DNA of 64,000 nucleotides, from the NCBI GenBank assembly GCA_009103225.1, contig RHPI01002568.1, forward strand, positions 447,742 to 511,741, read 5' to 3'. Position 1 is the first letter of the stretch. Each line of letters starts with the position of its first letter. The position numbers and the translations under genes are program-made. The notes under the pieces are model-generated. The model was not told the DNA's origin. It was given only the letters and a program-made list of their open reading frames with translations, and made no database searches. Below are positions 12,751 through 23,627 of this stretch, piece after piece. Origin of the DNA: Chlorokybus atmophyticus. Its lineage: Eukaryota; Plantae; Mesostigma and Chlorokybus algae.

Positions 12751-13941
12751 CTACAGTGATAGAGCCTCATTAAATGACATAACTGGTTGCGGAGGGGGGA
12801 GAGGGGAGCCTTCCATCATGAGCTTGGAGAAGGAGGTTGCGGGGCTAAGACTCGTCTCCGGCATTGGCGCCAGAAGGGGAGAGATCAGAGTCCAAAGAGG
12901 GCTGAGAAAGTGGGAAAGATGACGCAGGAGGTGATGCAGCGGCGGCTGAAAGGTGCAGTGAGGGAGCATCATTGCTAGAGGAAAAGTGAGCCAAGGAAGT
13001 ATGCTAACGCAGACGCGAGGAGGAAGGCGCTCGGCCGGGCTAAAGGTGCATGCATTTTTTGCAAATATATATGTATATAAAAACATGTATATACATATAT
13101 ATACATATGGCCCTCCTGGCCACAACCAAAGCAAGTGGCTGGAGAGAGGGAGTAACCACCCTGACGGAGACTTGCCATGATGAACCAGCGAGAACCGTGA
13201 ATATTGATTACTTTGGGAACGGTTTTGCCCGAACGAAGAAGAAAGCGGTAACGTGCCGTGGATGTTTTGATATAGACAGAGGCATTAGGCACCGCGATGA
13301 TGGAGCCCATTTAGCCATATCCGTCATGTATACGGTGGAGCAGCACGTAGGAACGGGAGGATATCGGGGCGGGCGTTAAGAGATTGACGCAAACCGTCAG
13401 AGCTCTGTTTGTGTGTTTGTATCCCACTTAACACTTATACAATTCGACCCGCGCAGATCGGAAGAGCTTTACGCTGTGCCTTGGATCACACTTGCAAAGC
13501 TCCTGCAACTGATGAGAAAGTGCACTGCATGATTCCCTAGGGAGGAGTGAACATCGATTGTATAAAAGACCCACGCATCTTGTCTGAACACACTGTTCAC
13601 AGCCATAACATGCGGACACTAGTTACGGACGCAAGCGTCATAATGCGAGGGACGAGCAGTGATTGAGAACTCGTAAGGGAATGCACTATTGTCAACCGTG
13701 AACGAGGCCGCCTATTGTGTAGTCTCAGACAAGCATTTAACTATGTTAGGGGGGCCCTTTGCTTGAGGAGGAAGCGTCTTACATAAATGGAACAGGGAGG
13801 GCGGTGTAGCTGAGACAATATGTGTCCAGAGAGCCTAGAGCGGGAGGCGTGAAACCACCGACGATCACCACTGGCATCGCCCAGCGGAGGGAAATCCGTC
13901 ATATCCATAAGGATGGTGCCATTTGCTAATGGCATTGCCAT
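12751..13941 (-). pseudogene. Probable LINE ORF1 fragment with a broken zinc knuckle
   Basis: CFGCGQEGH half-knuckle at ~13115-13140, cut by an AT-rich (TA)n-like tract and followed by Pro/Ser-rich sequence. The element is pyrimidine-rich on the coding strand like the LINE at 56-61 kb. Confidence 0.35.
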
Positions 13942-13968
13942 AGCCCAGGATCATGTAAATTAAGCACG

Positions 13969-14388
13969 TGTCGTGCCTTCACTCCTTGTTGCTTGAACTC
14001 GTCGTACAACCTCCTTGCTATGCATGTAAGCATGCTATTGTACACCATGAGACACTGTTGTGCTGTCTGAAAGCACCACTCATCTCACGAGGTAGACACA
14101 TACACATGAAAGATGCGTGTCTCCTTGCAAAAGGAAGGCAAGATGACACCAATTTGACTTGCAATCAGCCGTTTGCTCATGAAACTCAGTCCTCACCCAT
14201 GCAAAGGCAGCTTATACGGTGCATCAAGGTCGCAATAACGATACACACTCCTTCATGCAAGGCAACTAAGCAAGGTACACGCACGCACACACGCAAGCAT
14301 GCACACACGCATACACTCAGCCAAGAACCTCTTCCCGAAGGCTTTGCTTGCACTCCAGTGAGCCAACTTGCATTTAACCAACTGTAAC
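13969..14388 (+). repeat. 420-bp repeat C, probable LTR of the methyltransferase-bearing Gypsy family, followed by its leader
   Basis: TGTCGTG...TGTAACA ends. Partial copies lie at 14890-15042 and 31299-31424. Its last ~24 bp plus ~15 bp of flank recur in gag-sense orientation just upstream of the Gypsy gag (31260-31298). Confidence 0.55.
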
Positions 14389-14889
14389 ACAAGCTAGCTA
14401 AGGCTTATATACCATCGTTGAGTCCATGCCCAACCAACTCCTAACCAACTCTTCAACTTCTAATGACTTACAGGCTGCACTAGCTACATAACAGTCATAA
14501 TGAGGCCGACAAGTGGTCGTAACTGGATAGCAATGGCTTCCCAAAGCTTATCCTCTTCAAGTACACTCAAAGACGCATCTTTTGAGTTCATCCCCACGCC
14601 AAACCACCACTCCAATTGTTAGACACACACATTGTTACAAGTCATAACTCCAAAACAGCTGCGCGGGATACCATACTAACTCGATTACGCCGAGAACTCC
14701 GTTTTTGGCTATGGATACGCCTCGAATACGCCTCCCACTTGTAAAGGACGACCCAAACTCGAGTCCCAAGTAAAAACCTAACATAAAGAGCCTCTATAAT
14801 GGCTCAGGGCTCCAAAGTCATAGGGCCCATGTATGCTGCCAGTCCCGAGGGCACCATGCATATGACACTATATGCTCGCGCATGACAGC

Positions 14890-15042
14890 TGTCGTGCCTT
14901 CACTCCTTGTTGCTTGAACTCGGCGTACAACCTCCTTGCCATGCATGTTAGCATACTGTTGTACACCATGAGACACTATTGTGCTGCCTGAAAGCACCAC
15001 TCATCTCACGAGGTAGACACATACACATGAAAGATGCGTGTC
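14890..15042 (+). repeat. 5' part of repeat C abutting the Gypsy 3' end
   Basis: Starts at the same TGTCGTG boundary as 13969 with a different upstream flank, and aligns to 13969-14122. Confidence 0.8.
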
Positions 15043-15091
15043 CCGACCCCCTGCAACTGAGCGCCAACGTCCTCGTGCGCCTGCAGCTGAT

Positions 15092-15240
15092 TCACACACT
15101 ACTCGTACATGCCGGACAGTACCATGCCCCACCAAGAATCTCATCCAGTGGCGGGCGGAGGCACTCCATATGCCAACCGGCAACACACTTGTCGCACAGT
15201 AGCATGGTGTCCAGCCGTCTGCTCGACCACACCGCTCACA
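15092..15240 (-). pseudogene. PHD finger at the integrase C-terminus (one frameshift)
   Basis: CERCGRADG / TMLLCDKCVAGWHMECLRPPLDEILGGAWYCPAC-stop, a C4-H-C3 pattern. Confidence 0.9.
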
Positions 15241-15299
15241 ACGGTAATCCACACCTGGTATTGCCGCCGATGGATTCACGTGGTCATCCACATTAGGCA

Positions 15300-16610
15300 G
15301 ATAACAAGGAGCGCAGCCCTTCATGTGCTCCTTGGTAGTGCGGGCATCAGCTCCCTCCCGCAACAACACTCCATTGCTGAGGATCTTCATCACACGCAGA
15401 ACGGTGTGACTCGCACTCATGTCCAATGTGTCCTTGATCTTCCTCTGGAAATAGATGAAGTCTCCAGGCTGAAACTTCCGCAGTCTTGGCTTGTAGAAGC
15501 CACTCCTCACCTTGGCATAGCGCAGCATGTTGCGGTGTTGTGCCACTTACAGGTTGCCAAGTGCCATTGGCATTACACGCCGAAACAGCTCTGCACGCTT
15601 TGCTATCTCTCTCTCCCACACATTGGGATCATCCAAGTCAAGCTCCTGCTAAACCTACCTCCTAATTGATGTTGGCAATATGGGCCCTCTCTCATACAAC
15701 AAGAAGTAGGGGCTGTATGAGCTCAGCGCAGCTTGTCGCGTCATGCGGTAGCCATCGCCAGCCACGGCAACGCCAAGTCCCAATCTCTCTTGTTGTGAGT
15801 GAGACACTACTTGCGAAGCCCCTTCTTCACCACATGTACCATTCTCTCCGCAAGCCCATTAGCTTGGGGATGATCATGGGAAGTCCTGCAATGATCAATG
15901 CAGGCTTGCATTAATAAGTCAACAAAGTTGCCACGAAACTCAATGCCTTGGTCGGTGAGAACCTCGGCACAGGCTTTGGATCTGCTAAGCGCTTGGTCAA
16001 GGAAAGCCTCAGCAACTAGCTTGCTCTCCTTCGACGGCAACGCCACCACCTCGACCCATTTTAAGAAGTGCTCAATCATCACGAGCACGTAGTGGTTGCC
16101 TATTTTGCTGACTGGTAGATTTCCGGCCCAATTTGGGCTCCACCGATAGAATAGTTCTTGTGTTGGTAGAGGGTGCAGCTGTGGGTGCTTGGCATTAAAG
16201 CTCGCCTTCACCCTGTTGCACTCCACACAACTCGCGACCACTCCCGTCACGGTAGACTGCATGCCAGCCCACTAATATGCTGATTGCACAAGCCCAAGTG
16301 TCCTCTTCACACTAAAGTGGCCCATCTTCTCATGAAGCAGCTCCACAAGCGGCTTCGTCTCATGTGGTTGAGGCACAATCCTCACACCTCCATCAGGCAT
16401 CAAGCGCAAAAGGTGGTCTCCTTCCCACCGAAACCGTTGCGCACGCTGCCACACACGATTACGTGTCGCCGTGCTGCACCCAGCTTGAAATAGCCCGGTT
16501 TTGAGGTAAGTAAGCACTTGCTCATCATCCCATACATCCTGTAAAGCCTCGGCTTCTTCCCTATGAACGTTGTCGACCGTCAGGGCTGGTGCAGATGCCA
16601 AAGCCATCAT
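15300..16610 (-). pseudogene. Gypsy integrase
   Basis: HEKMGHF..CVEC zinc finger, VLVMIEHFLKWVEV, VLTDQGIEF, HPQANGLAERMV. Confidence 0.92.
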
Positions 16611-16643
16611 AACACCATCACTATCGCGCTCAGCTGCTGCGTT

Positions 16644-18600
16644 TTAACGCGTGGTTGCGCACACGTCCGCGGCACCCGCCAACACAAATGATGACGCTAC
16701 ACGGAAGGCCAAAAACCCAGCCACGGGCATGGCATACTCATGCCGTGCCTCACTTTCATCCACAAATAATGGATTTAGGTTCCTACTCAGCCCATTCGCG
16801 TCCATGTTGTCAATACCAGCTCGGTGTTCAATGCTGAACTCATACTCTTGCAATATGAGCGCCCATTTGGCATGCTTCCCTGTGAGCTTGTCGTTGCACA
16901 TTAACCACTTCAAAGGCTGATGGTCGGTAATCACCGTGAAGGGTTGGCCATACAAGAACGGTTTGAAGTGAACAATGGCCCACACCGCCGCCAAACACTA
17001 CATCATAGGAACTTTAGTTGGCCTCAGCTTTGTTGTTGCTTCGGCTACCATACGCCACCACATACTCCTTCCCATTGTTATCTTTCTGACACAACACGGC
17101 CCCTATACCCAGGCGGCTCAAGTCTGTGTGTAGGATGAAAGGACGGTTGTAGTCGGCCCATTACCGCGCTGGCGCAGTACACAGCTTCTCCATTAAAAAA
17201 CTCAAAGGCGCGTTGACACTCTTCCGACCAGCACCACGCCTTCTCCTTCCTCAACAACTCATTTAAAAGCTTTGCAATCTTGCTGTACCCCTTCACGAAC
17301 CGCCGATAGTAGTTCGCCAAGCCGAACAATGCGCGTAGTCGACTGATGTCCGTCGGTGCAGGCACTTGTAGCAAGGCATCCACCTTTGCTTGTTGGACGC
17401 AGACGCCGTCTGGCACTATCTCATGCCCCAGGTACGGAATGCGATCAGCCCCGAACAAGCACTGTGTTAAAGGTTAAGCATGTGAGGTTTGCTAGTATAG
17501 TATGCTTATAGTACATGTTGAAGGTTAAGCATACGAGGTTTGCTAGTATAATATGCTTATAGTACAGTCAGCTTGTTGATGTTACTTGGATGTGCGGCGG
17601 TTACGCAATGGGAGTTACAGTCAACAAGAGTTACGGGAGCTACGAGAGTTGCGGTCAACTTTGACTTTGACCATTGACTAGGGTTGACTAGGGTTGACTT
17701 TGACCGTTGACTAGTGTTGACTAGAGTTGACTTTGAGTAGGGTTGACTAGTCTTTTCTAGTGTTGACTAGCTTAGTATATAAGTCACTGTATGTGGCGCA
17801 TACAGGTGGAACTGCAATAGGAACATACTTCTCTTTGTTGTTGACATGCTATTGCACTTGTTGTTCCTTTAGTGTAAGCGCATGTATGAGGTAGGGCGCA
17901 TACATGCACACTAGTTCTTAACACACTGCTCCGGGTGGCACCTCATGCCGGCCTCGCGCACGCGCTCCAAGTGCACAAGATGCTCCTCCATTGTGTGGCT
18001 TAACACCATGATGGCATTGATGTAACATATTGCAAAGGGTAGCCCACAAAGCACGCAATCCATCACGCGCTGAAACTTCATTGGTGCGTTCTTCAAGCCG
18101 AACGGCATGACCTCCCATTGGTAGAGCTAATCTACTCCCCAAAATGCTATCTTGCCACGGTCCTCAGGCTTGCTGGCGATTTGGTTGAAGCCTTGCCTCA
18201 AGTCCACAATTGAGAACACCTTTGCATCGCCGATGTCATCAAAGATTGCCTCCGGGATAGGCATGGGGTAGCGATCAGCCTTGGTCTTCTCATTCAATGG
18301 CCGATAGTCACCACACATCCTTCTTGAGGTACAGTTTCCCTGCGCTGCCTTCTTCAATAGCAACACTGTCGCGGCCGCGCGGTCTTGTTCAAAGTCGACT
18401 CCGCAATGAGTCTGGCCTCCAACAAGTCAGCACACTTGTCCAACACGAACTCCTTCTCCACCTTACTCAGCCAATTGCCGACGAAAGATGGGCTCAGAAG
18501 AGGTCAACTCAATGTCCATCGTGTCGAAGTTGCAGACTCCCAACTCCTTGATAGAGTAGGCGAAGTAGTTGCGCTTGCGCGCCAATAATGCTTCGAGCCG
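16644..18600 (-). pseudogene. Gypsy reverse transcriptase and RNase H, interrupted by a solo LTR
   Basis: RMCGDYRPLN, DLRQGFNQI, MPFGLKNAP, YINAI (degenerate YIDD), YLGH, LFGLANYYRRFV, ITDHQPLKWL. Confidence 0.93.
17465..17923 (+). mobile_element. Solo LTR, Copia family B, inside the Gypsy RT
   Basis: TG..CA ends, TSD CACTG at 17460-17464 and 17924-17928. Confidence 0.95.
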
Positions 18601-18849
18601 CTCATGGTGCTTTGGTGTCACACACTCGCCCATACACCACCCATGGTCTGATTGGTAGCCTTCTCAAGCTTCAAGGCACCATCTATAGCCGCTTCCTTGC
18701 CACTTGCAGCTGTCGCAGGCGAAAAAGACACCCCTTTACTCTCATCATCATGTACACCATGCTCCCACCCCCTCGACAAAGACACAGGCGCCTGACGTGC
18801 TTGCTGTCGCACGGGCATCAAGCCTGATGCCAACTCTTGTGCCGCCAAC

Positions 18850-19790
18850 CAAACCAACAATCAGTTACACCATGCTGTTCTGGTCCATGGCTTACTTTAG
18901 CAGCACTCGGTGTCGCTGTTCACTCGGTCGACGCCGCCGTCCCACCAGACCAGAACCCCATCGCTCGTCCGCGCCCATTAGCTGTTGGCTCTTTCAACCT
19001 GCTGTGTCGTGAGTACCACACCAGCCCTGGCCCTCCGCTGCGGAATGCATAAGAGCCTTGGTAGGTCATCAGCGTCAGCAACGCTGCCATGTCATGCCCG
19101 ACCTGGTTCACCACCTTTTGAGGCGGCCGATCAGCCTTGCTGACCTGTTGTGCTGTGCGCCCATGCTCCTGGTTGACTGTCAAACCTTGCGGTCTTTTAT
19201 ACTCTTGCTGCACCGTGCGAAGTAACTCGATAAGCGCAAGGTTTGTCCGTTTCACACGCAGCCGATGCGCGCGTCAACCATGCCGTGCCGCATCCATGAC
19301 CAGCTCATGGCCTAGAACATGTCTCACCAGCTGATAGTCCTCTTTCACGCGCTTGCGCTTATCGTCTTCAGCCGCACATTCTCCATAATGTACGCCATGG
19401 GCTGCTGTTGTCTTTACTGAATCATGTTGACGACATGCACCAACTCCAAAAACAATGATGAGCGCGCTACCATCAATCCCTTCCCATGACCAGCCCGTGA
19501 AGCCCTTGGCATTCCCACCCCGCTACTAGCAAATCAACCTTGCCGATTGCCGCGAGATAATGTGGCCCCACCAAGCAGATGTCTTGAGGCCATGCACTTT
19601 AAAAGCCCTGCACCGCACTCTCACATAGTGGGTACTTCGTCAACAATACCCTCACATAATGTTGTGCACCTTGTTGTGCCGTTGCCGAAGAGTCTACATA
19701 GACGTAACGCCGCACCTTGATGCCGGCGTTCAATGCAGCCGCAAGCCCACTTGCATTGCCACCGAATGGCTCTACTATCACAACACCGTC
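18850..19790 (-). pseudogene. C5-cytosine DNA methyltransferase domain within the Gypsy pol (frameshifted)
   Basis: Motif I IVEPFGGNASGLAAAL, motif IV VDLLVAGWECQG..RAGHGKGL..RSSLFLEL, motif VI YIMENV, motif VIII DAARHG-RAHRLR..TNL, motif IX/X EPTA..RAMGF...RHRVL..AMDQNS, all in canonical order. Confidence 0.9.
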
Positions 19791-20336
19791 CTCGGGGACC
19801 TTTGAGTCAATGGTGTTGTAGTATTAGTTGATAGGCGGATGTACAGCTTGCACACCCTCGGGCAGCAACGGAGGCGGTGTGTGCCATCACAATGCCATCG
19901 CATCTGGTGTCCACGCATGGCCAACCTTCTCATAAACTTGTTGATGCCGCTGAGCACGGTGTTGTGCAGCTATCTCCAGCTCTTGTTGCTGAGCATTAGC
20001 CGCTTGCAGCAGCTCCAGAGGTCTCTCCTTTTCCATGTAGTTGAAGACAACGTCTCCCTTCTCCACATGGTCATTGTACAAGTCGACGCTGTCACCAAGC
20101 CACCCCATAGCTGGTCGCCAACTTAAGCACGCCCACAGTGCAGATGCTGAGGTTGAAGCCCTCTCGACACCCCCTTGCGTGATGCTCAACGGAAAGTAGG
20201 CCTTCTCTCCCCCTCCCGTGTGCCAACGCGGCGGAAAGAACCCTTGCTATATCCAATTATCGACGACGCCACCGACGAGGAACATGAACTCTTGTCCGAG
20301 CAGTACATCATACCCTCTTGCATCCGTGACGAGGCA

Positions 20337-20768
20337 TTAAGCCTTGAATGATGTGGTAGCACCTCCCATTGCAGTCACACGGATCTCAACCGGCTGCACG
20401 GTGATGCCTCGCAACGTCTCGACGGTCCCCGCCGAGGACTTAATCATGAACGGGCATGTCTCCCATACCTGAGAGGTAGGTCCTAGGCCTGCCACAGCTC
20501 TGGAACCCAAGATGACAGGTTGTGCGCCTGTATCCACCAAAACAACATCTGGTACAAAGCCGTCCAGGCTAATGTGACCACTCCGGTTGTCTACCATAGC
20601 CACAATGGGCGAAATCCTCTCTTGTAAGGCCGGCCGAGTGGCGGGAAGCTGTGCCAACATCCCTCCTACACTCCCCATACCTTCCTCCAGCTTGTCTCCA
20701 AGCTGAGTGAGAGAACTTGACTGCGATGCGGGCCCTCCCGACGCCGCCGGCATGGCGCGTGCAGCCAT
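20337..20768 (-). pseudogene. Retroviral-type aspartic protease
   Basis: VVLVDTGAQPVILG active-site motif, located between gag and the methyltransferase. Confidence 0.88.
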
Positions 20769-21884
20769 ACGGCCTACTTACGCCATCATATCTCCTTGAG
20801 ACTTGCTTATCTGGTCATGAGACTTAGTGAAGGCACTCTTCATGGTGTTTAGAGCGCTTTGCAACAACCCTACCACCTGCTCCTTGTTATCTCCAAGGTC
20901 CTCCAAGCGAAGAAGAGGCTGCCCGACTAGCATCGCCGCGACACCCTCCAACAGCGCCATCAACTCCGAGTTTCCCTCATGGACTTGGGTTGGGGGCTAT
21001 TGGTAAAGCATCTTAGACTCCTTTAGAAGCTTTACACAAACTTGGAGCACCTCCTCCACTCTCTTGTGCTCACCACCGCTACCGATGCTGACCCTACGTC
21101 GCGCCGTTGCCATAGCAGTCGGCTGCACCTTCGCACCTTCCGAGTGCGAACTCTCTTGCTGCAACGGAGTTGTTGGCAGCAACTTAAATGAATTTGGCAT
21201 GTGGGCAGGTGGTGCACGTATCCTATCATGATCCACACCCTCCTCGCGCACGAGTGCGGCCTCCTGCTGGACCATCTTAGAGGGTCTTTACACCTAAGGT
21301 TCGAGCCTCGCGGTTATCAGACGTGGCGGCGCTTTTCGTTCTAACCTAATGGAGGCACCAGCTACACTAGTCGATTAGGTCGCCCGTGAGTATCGAGCTG
21401 CTTAACCTCGATGCCAGCGTGGCTATTTGTCTGCAATGCATTGCAGTGCATTATCAACTTTTTTTAAACCACCTCTCGAGCGGCTTTAGGAAATGTTAAG
21501 GGGGGCCGCAGCAGTTGCGGTCGCGTCTGAGTGGACGACAAAGCCTGAGCTAATACTCTCGTCTTTTGTCGTGTATTTCAAACATGCCGGCGCTGGGATT
21601 TTTCTAAGACTGCGACGGCGGAAATTGCAGGGCAGGCGATGGTGGTGGCGGAGGCAGTGGCATTGCAAGGTGGTTTGTTGTGTTGCTTGCTATGGACGCT
21701 CAGCACATGCAGCATCTATGGCATGCACTGCAAGCTAGTCAACCCACTGCTGCACCAGGTACACTGCACTATGCTGCGTTCACGTCACCGGATGTAACCC
21801 TTGATGGCTATTTGGCGCAGCGAGCGCATGAGCTACTGCAGCACATCCCTTCCAACCCAGCCACAGGACCTCGTCTGGTGCATG

Positions 21885-22200
21885 TATGATTGCATGTGCG
21901 TGCATGCGTGCGTGCGTGTGTGTTCATGCGTACGTGTGTGTATGTTTGTGCATGTGTGCGCGCGCGCGCGCGCGCGCGTGCGTGCGTGAGTGTGCTTGCA
22001 TATGTGTGTCTCTGTGTGTACGTATGAGAGTGCGATTGCGTATGTGAGTGCGTGCGTGTATAGTGCGTGTGTGCGTGAGTGTGAGAGTGTGATTGTACTT
22101 GTGAGTGTTTGCGCATGTGCGTGTGTGTGAGAGTGTAATTGCAGATGTGAATGCGTGTGAGTGTGTGCGAGTGTGATTGCATGCGTGCGTGTGTGCAATC
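21885..22200. repeat. Compound (TG)n/(CG)n/(TGAG)n microsatellite
   Basis: Directly visible. A similar GTGCAT-rich tract lies at ~22440-22720. Confidence 0.9.
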
Positions 22201-22244
22201 AGGTCATGCATCACTCAATGGCGTGATTGTGATCTGCAGATGCC

Positions 22245-23621
22245 CATCCCAGCACCCGCAATGTCTTGGCCAGAAGCACGCCCCGACTCGCCGCCCAGCA
22301 CCGTGCCGACTGAGCCCATTTCGGCTCAAGAGTCCCCGACGCACTCAAAAATTGCGCCGGTGCATTGTTCAACGCCTGAGCATGTTGCGCGAAGTGCCCC
22401 TTCGAAGAAGAAGAAGGCCACGCCTGCAGCAGTAGGTACACGTGTGTACAGTCTGAATGAGCTTGCGTGCTGCATGCATGTGCTATAATGTGCACGTGTG
22501 CACAGTGCGAATGTGCTTGCTGTGTGCTGTGCTGCATGTATGTGTAGAGTCAAGCAAATCGTGCATGCGTGTGCATGGTGATACAATAATCGTGCGTGTG
22601 TGTGCACAGTCAGAATCTGCTAGCGTGCATGTGTGTGCACACTCACGGCACCTGCATGCATGTGCACAATAGTGTTGAAGTTTGTACATGTGCATGGCTA
22701 GAGGCTGTGCGCGTGCAGGTGTGTACAATGATAGTAGGTGCTTACATGACTGCCCGGCGCATATTGTGCCGGCAAAAAGCGTGCAGGGACGTGGAGTGCA
22801 ACGGAAAGCATTTGGTTGATTGCTGCACACAAAGAGTCCCACGAGAAGTGCACAAGCAAGCAAGAACAAGACCTTGAAGTGGAAGGAGATTGCAGCAGCT
22901 GCATTCAAGCTTGCCGCGGCAACCAATGGGGTGTTCGAGCGCACACCCATTCAGTGCGATGATAGGTCAGCCACTTGCTGGTTGTTGTGTGCATGTGAAT
23001 GTATGTATGCAGCCAGGGTTCGTGTATGTGAGGGGGTAGTGCGCCTTGCTAACATGTGCATGGGCTACAGTTGGAGCAATATGAGATCGCGATACTATCC
23101 GTCACTTTGCTAGGCGGTCAGGCGCACCCGACTACTTCAGCCTTGAGGTAGATCACAAGAAGGAGTGGGAAGTGCCCAACAACTTGCTGGGCAACAACAT
23201 CCGTGGTTACGAGTTGATGGAGGACGCATTGGGCAGCACCGCAGCTGCGGAGCCACCCACCTCTTTCACCGCCGGGGGAGGTGAGGAGGAGCCATAAAAG
23301 ACTTGCCAAGGTATGTTCGTGTTGTCAAGCAAGACTGCCTCACACTTGGCAATAGCATGCTTATGTTGTGCTATTCTGATAGATAAGACTGCTGGCACCA
23401 CGGGTAAGAAGCGCAAGGCCAAGGTCTCTTCCATTAGTGACGCGATGAACCGCCAGTGTGAGCAGCAGGAACATATGGCGGCGGAGCGCGCCGAAAGGGA
23501 GGCAGTTACCAAGCAGATAGAGCTAGCAGCACATAAGGCAGAGGGGGATAAGCAGTGCTCAGCTGATTTAAGTCTAGGAAAAATGCTGAGTGAGGCTATT
23601 ATGACACTACGTTCCGCTTGA
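22245..23621 (+). pseudogene. Harbinger accessory Myb/SANT (trihelix-like) protein, intron-containing
   Basis: WSATESIWLIAAH..KWKEIAAAAF..GVFERTPIQCDD|WSNMRSRY with GT..CAG introns (~22435-22786 and ~22966-23070) and a coiled-coil C-terminus. Confidence 0.7.
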
Positions 23622-23627
23622 GGGCAT

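Noticed and set aside
14405-14889. Possible LINE 3' fragment between repeat-C copies
   Set aside because: There are only vague Trp-spaced hints and no diagnostic motif.
18850-19790. Methyltransferase as bacterial contamination or a restriction-modification system
   Set aside because: It is collinear with protease and RT in one decayed Gypsy pol, and there is no prokaryotic gene context.
21801-22700. Many HTHT/CVCV ORFs in the ORF track
   Set aside because: These are translations of dinucleotide microsatellites and intron sequence.
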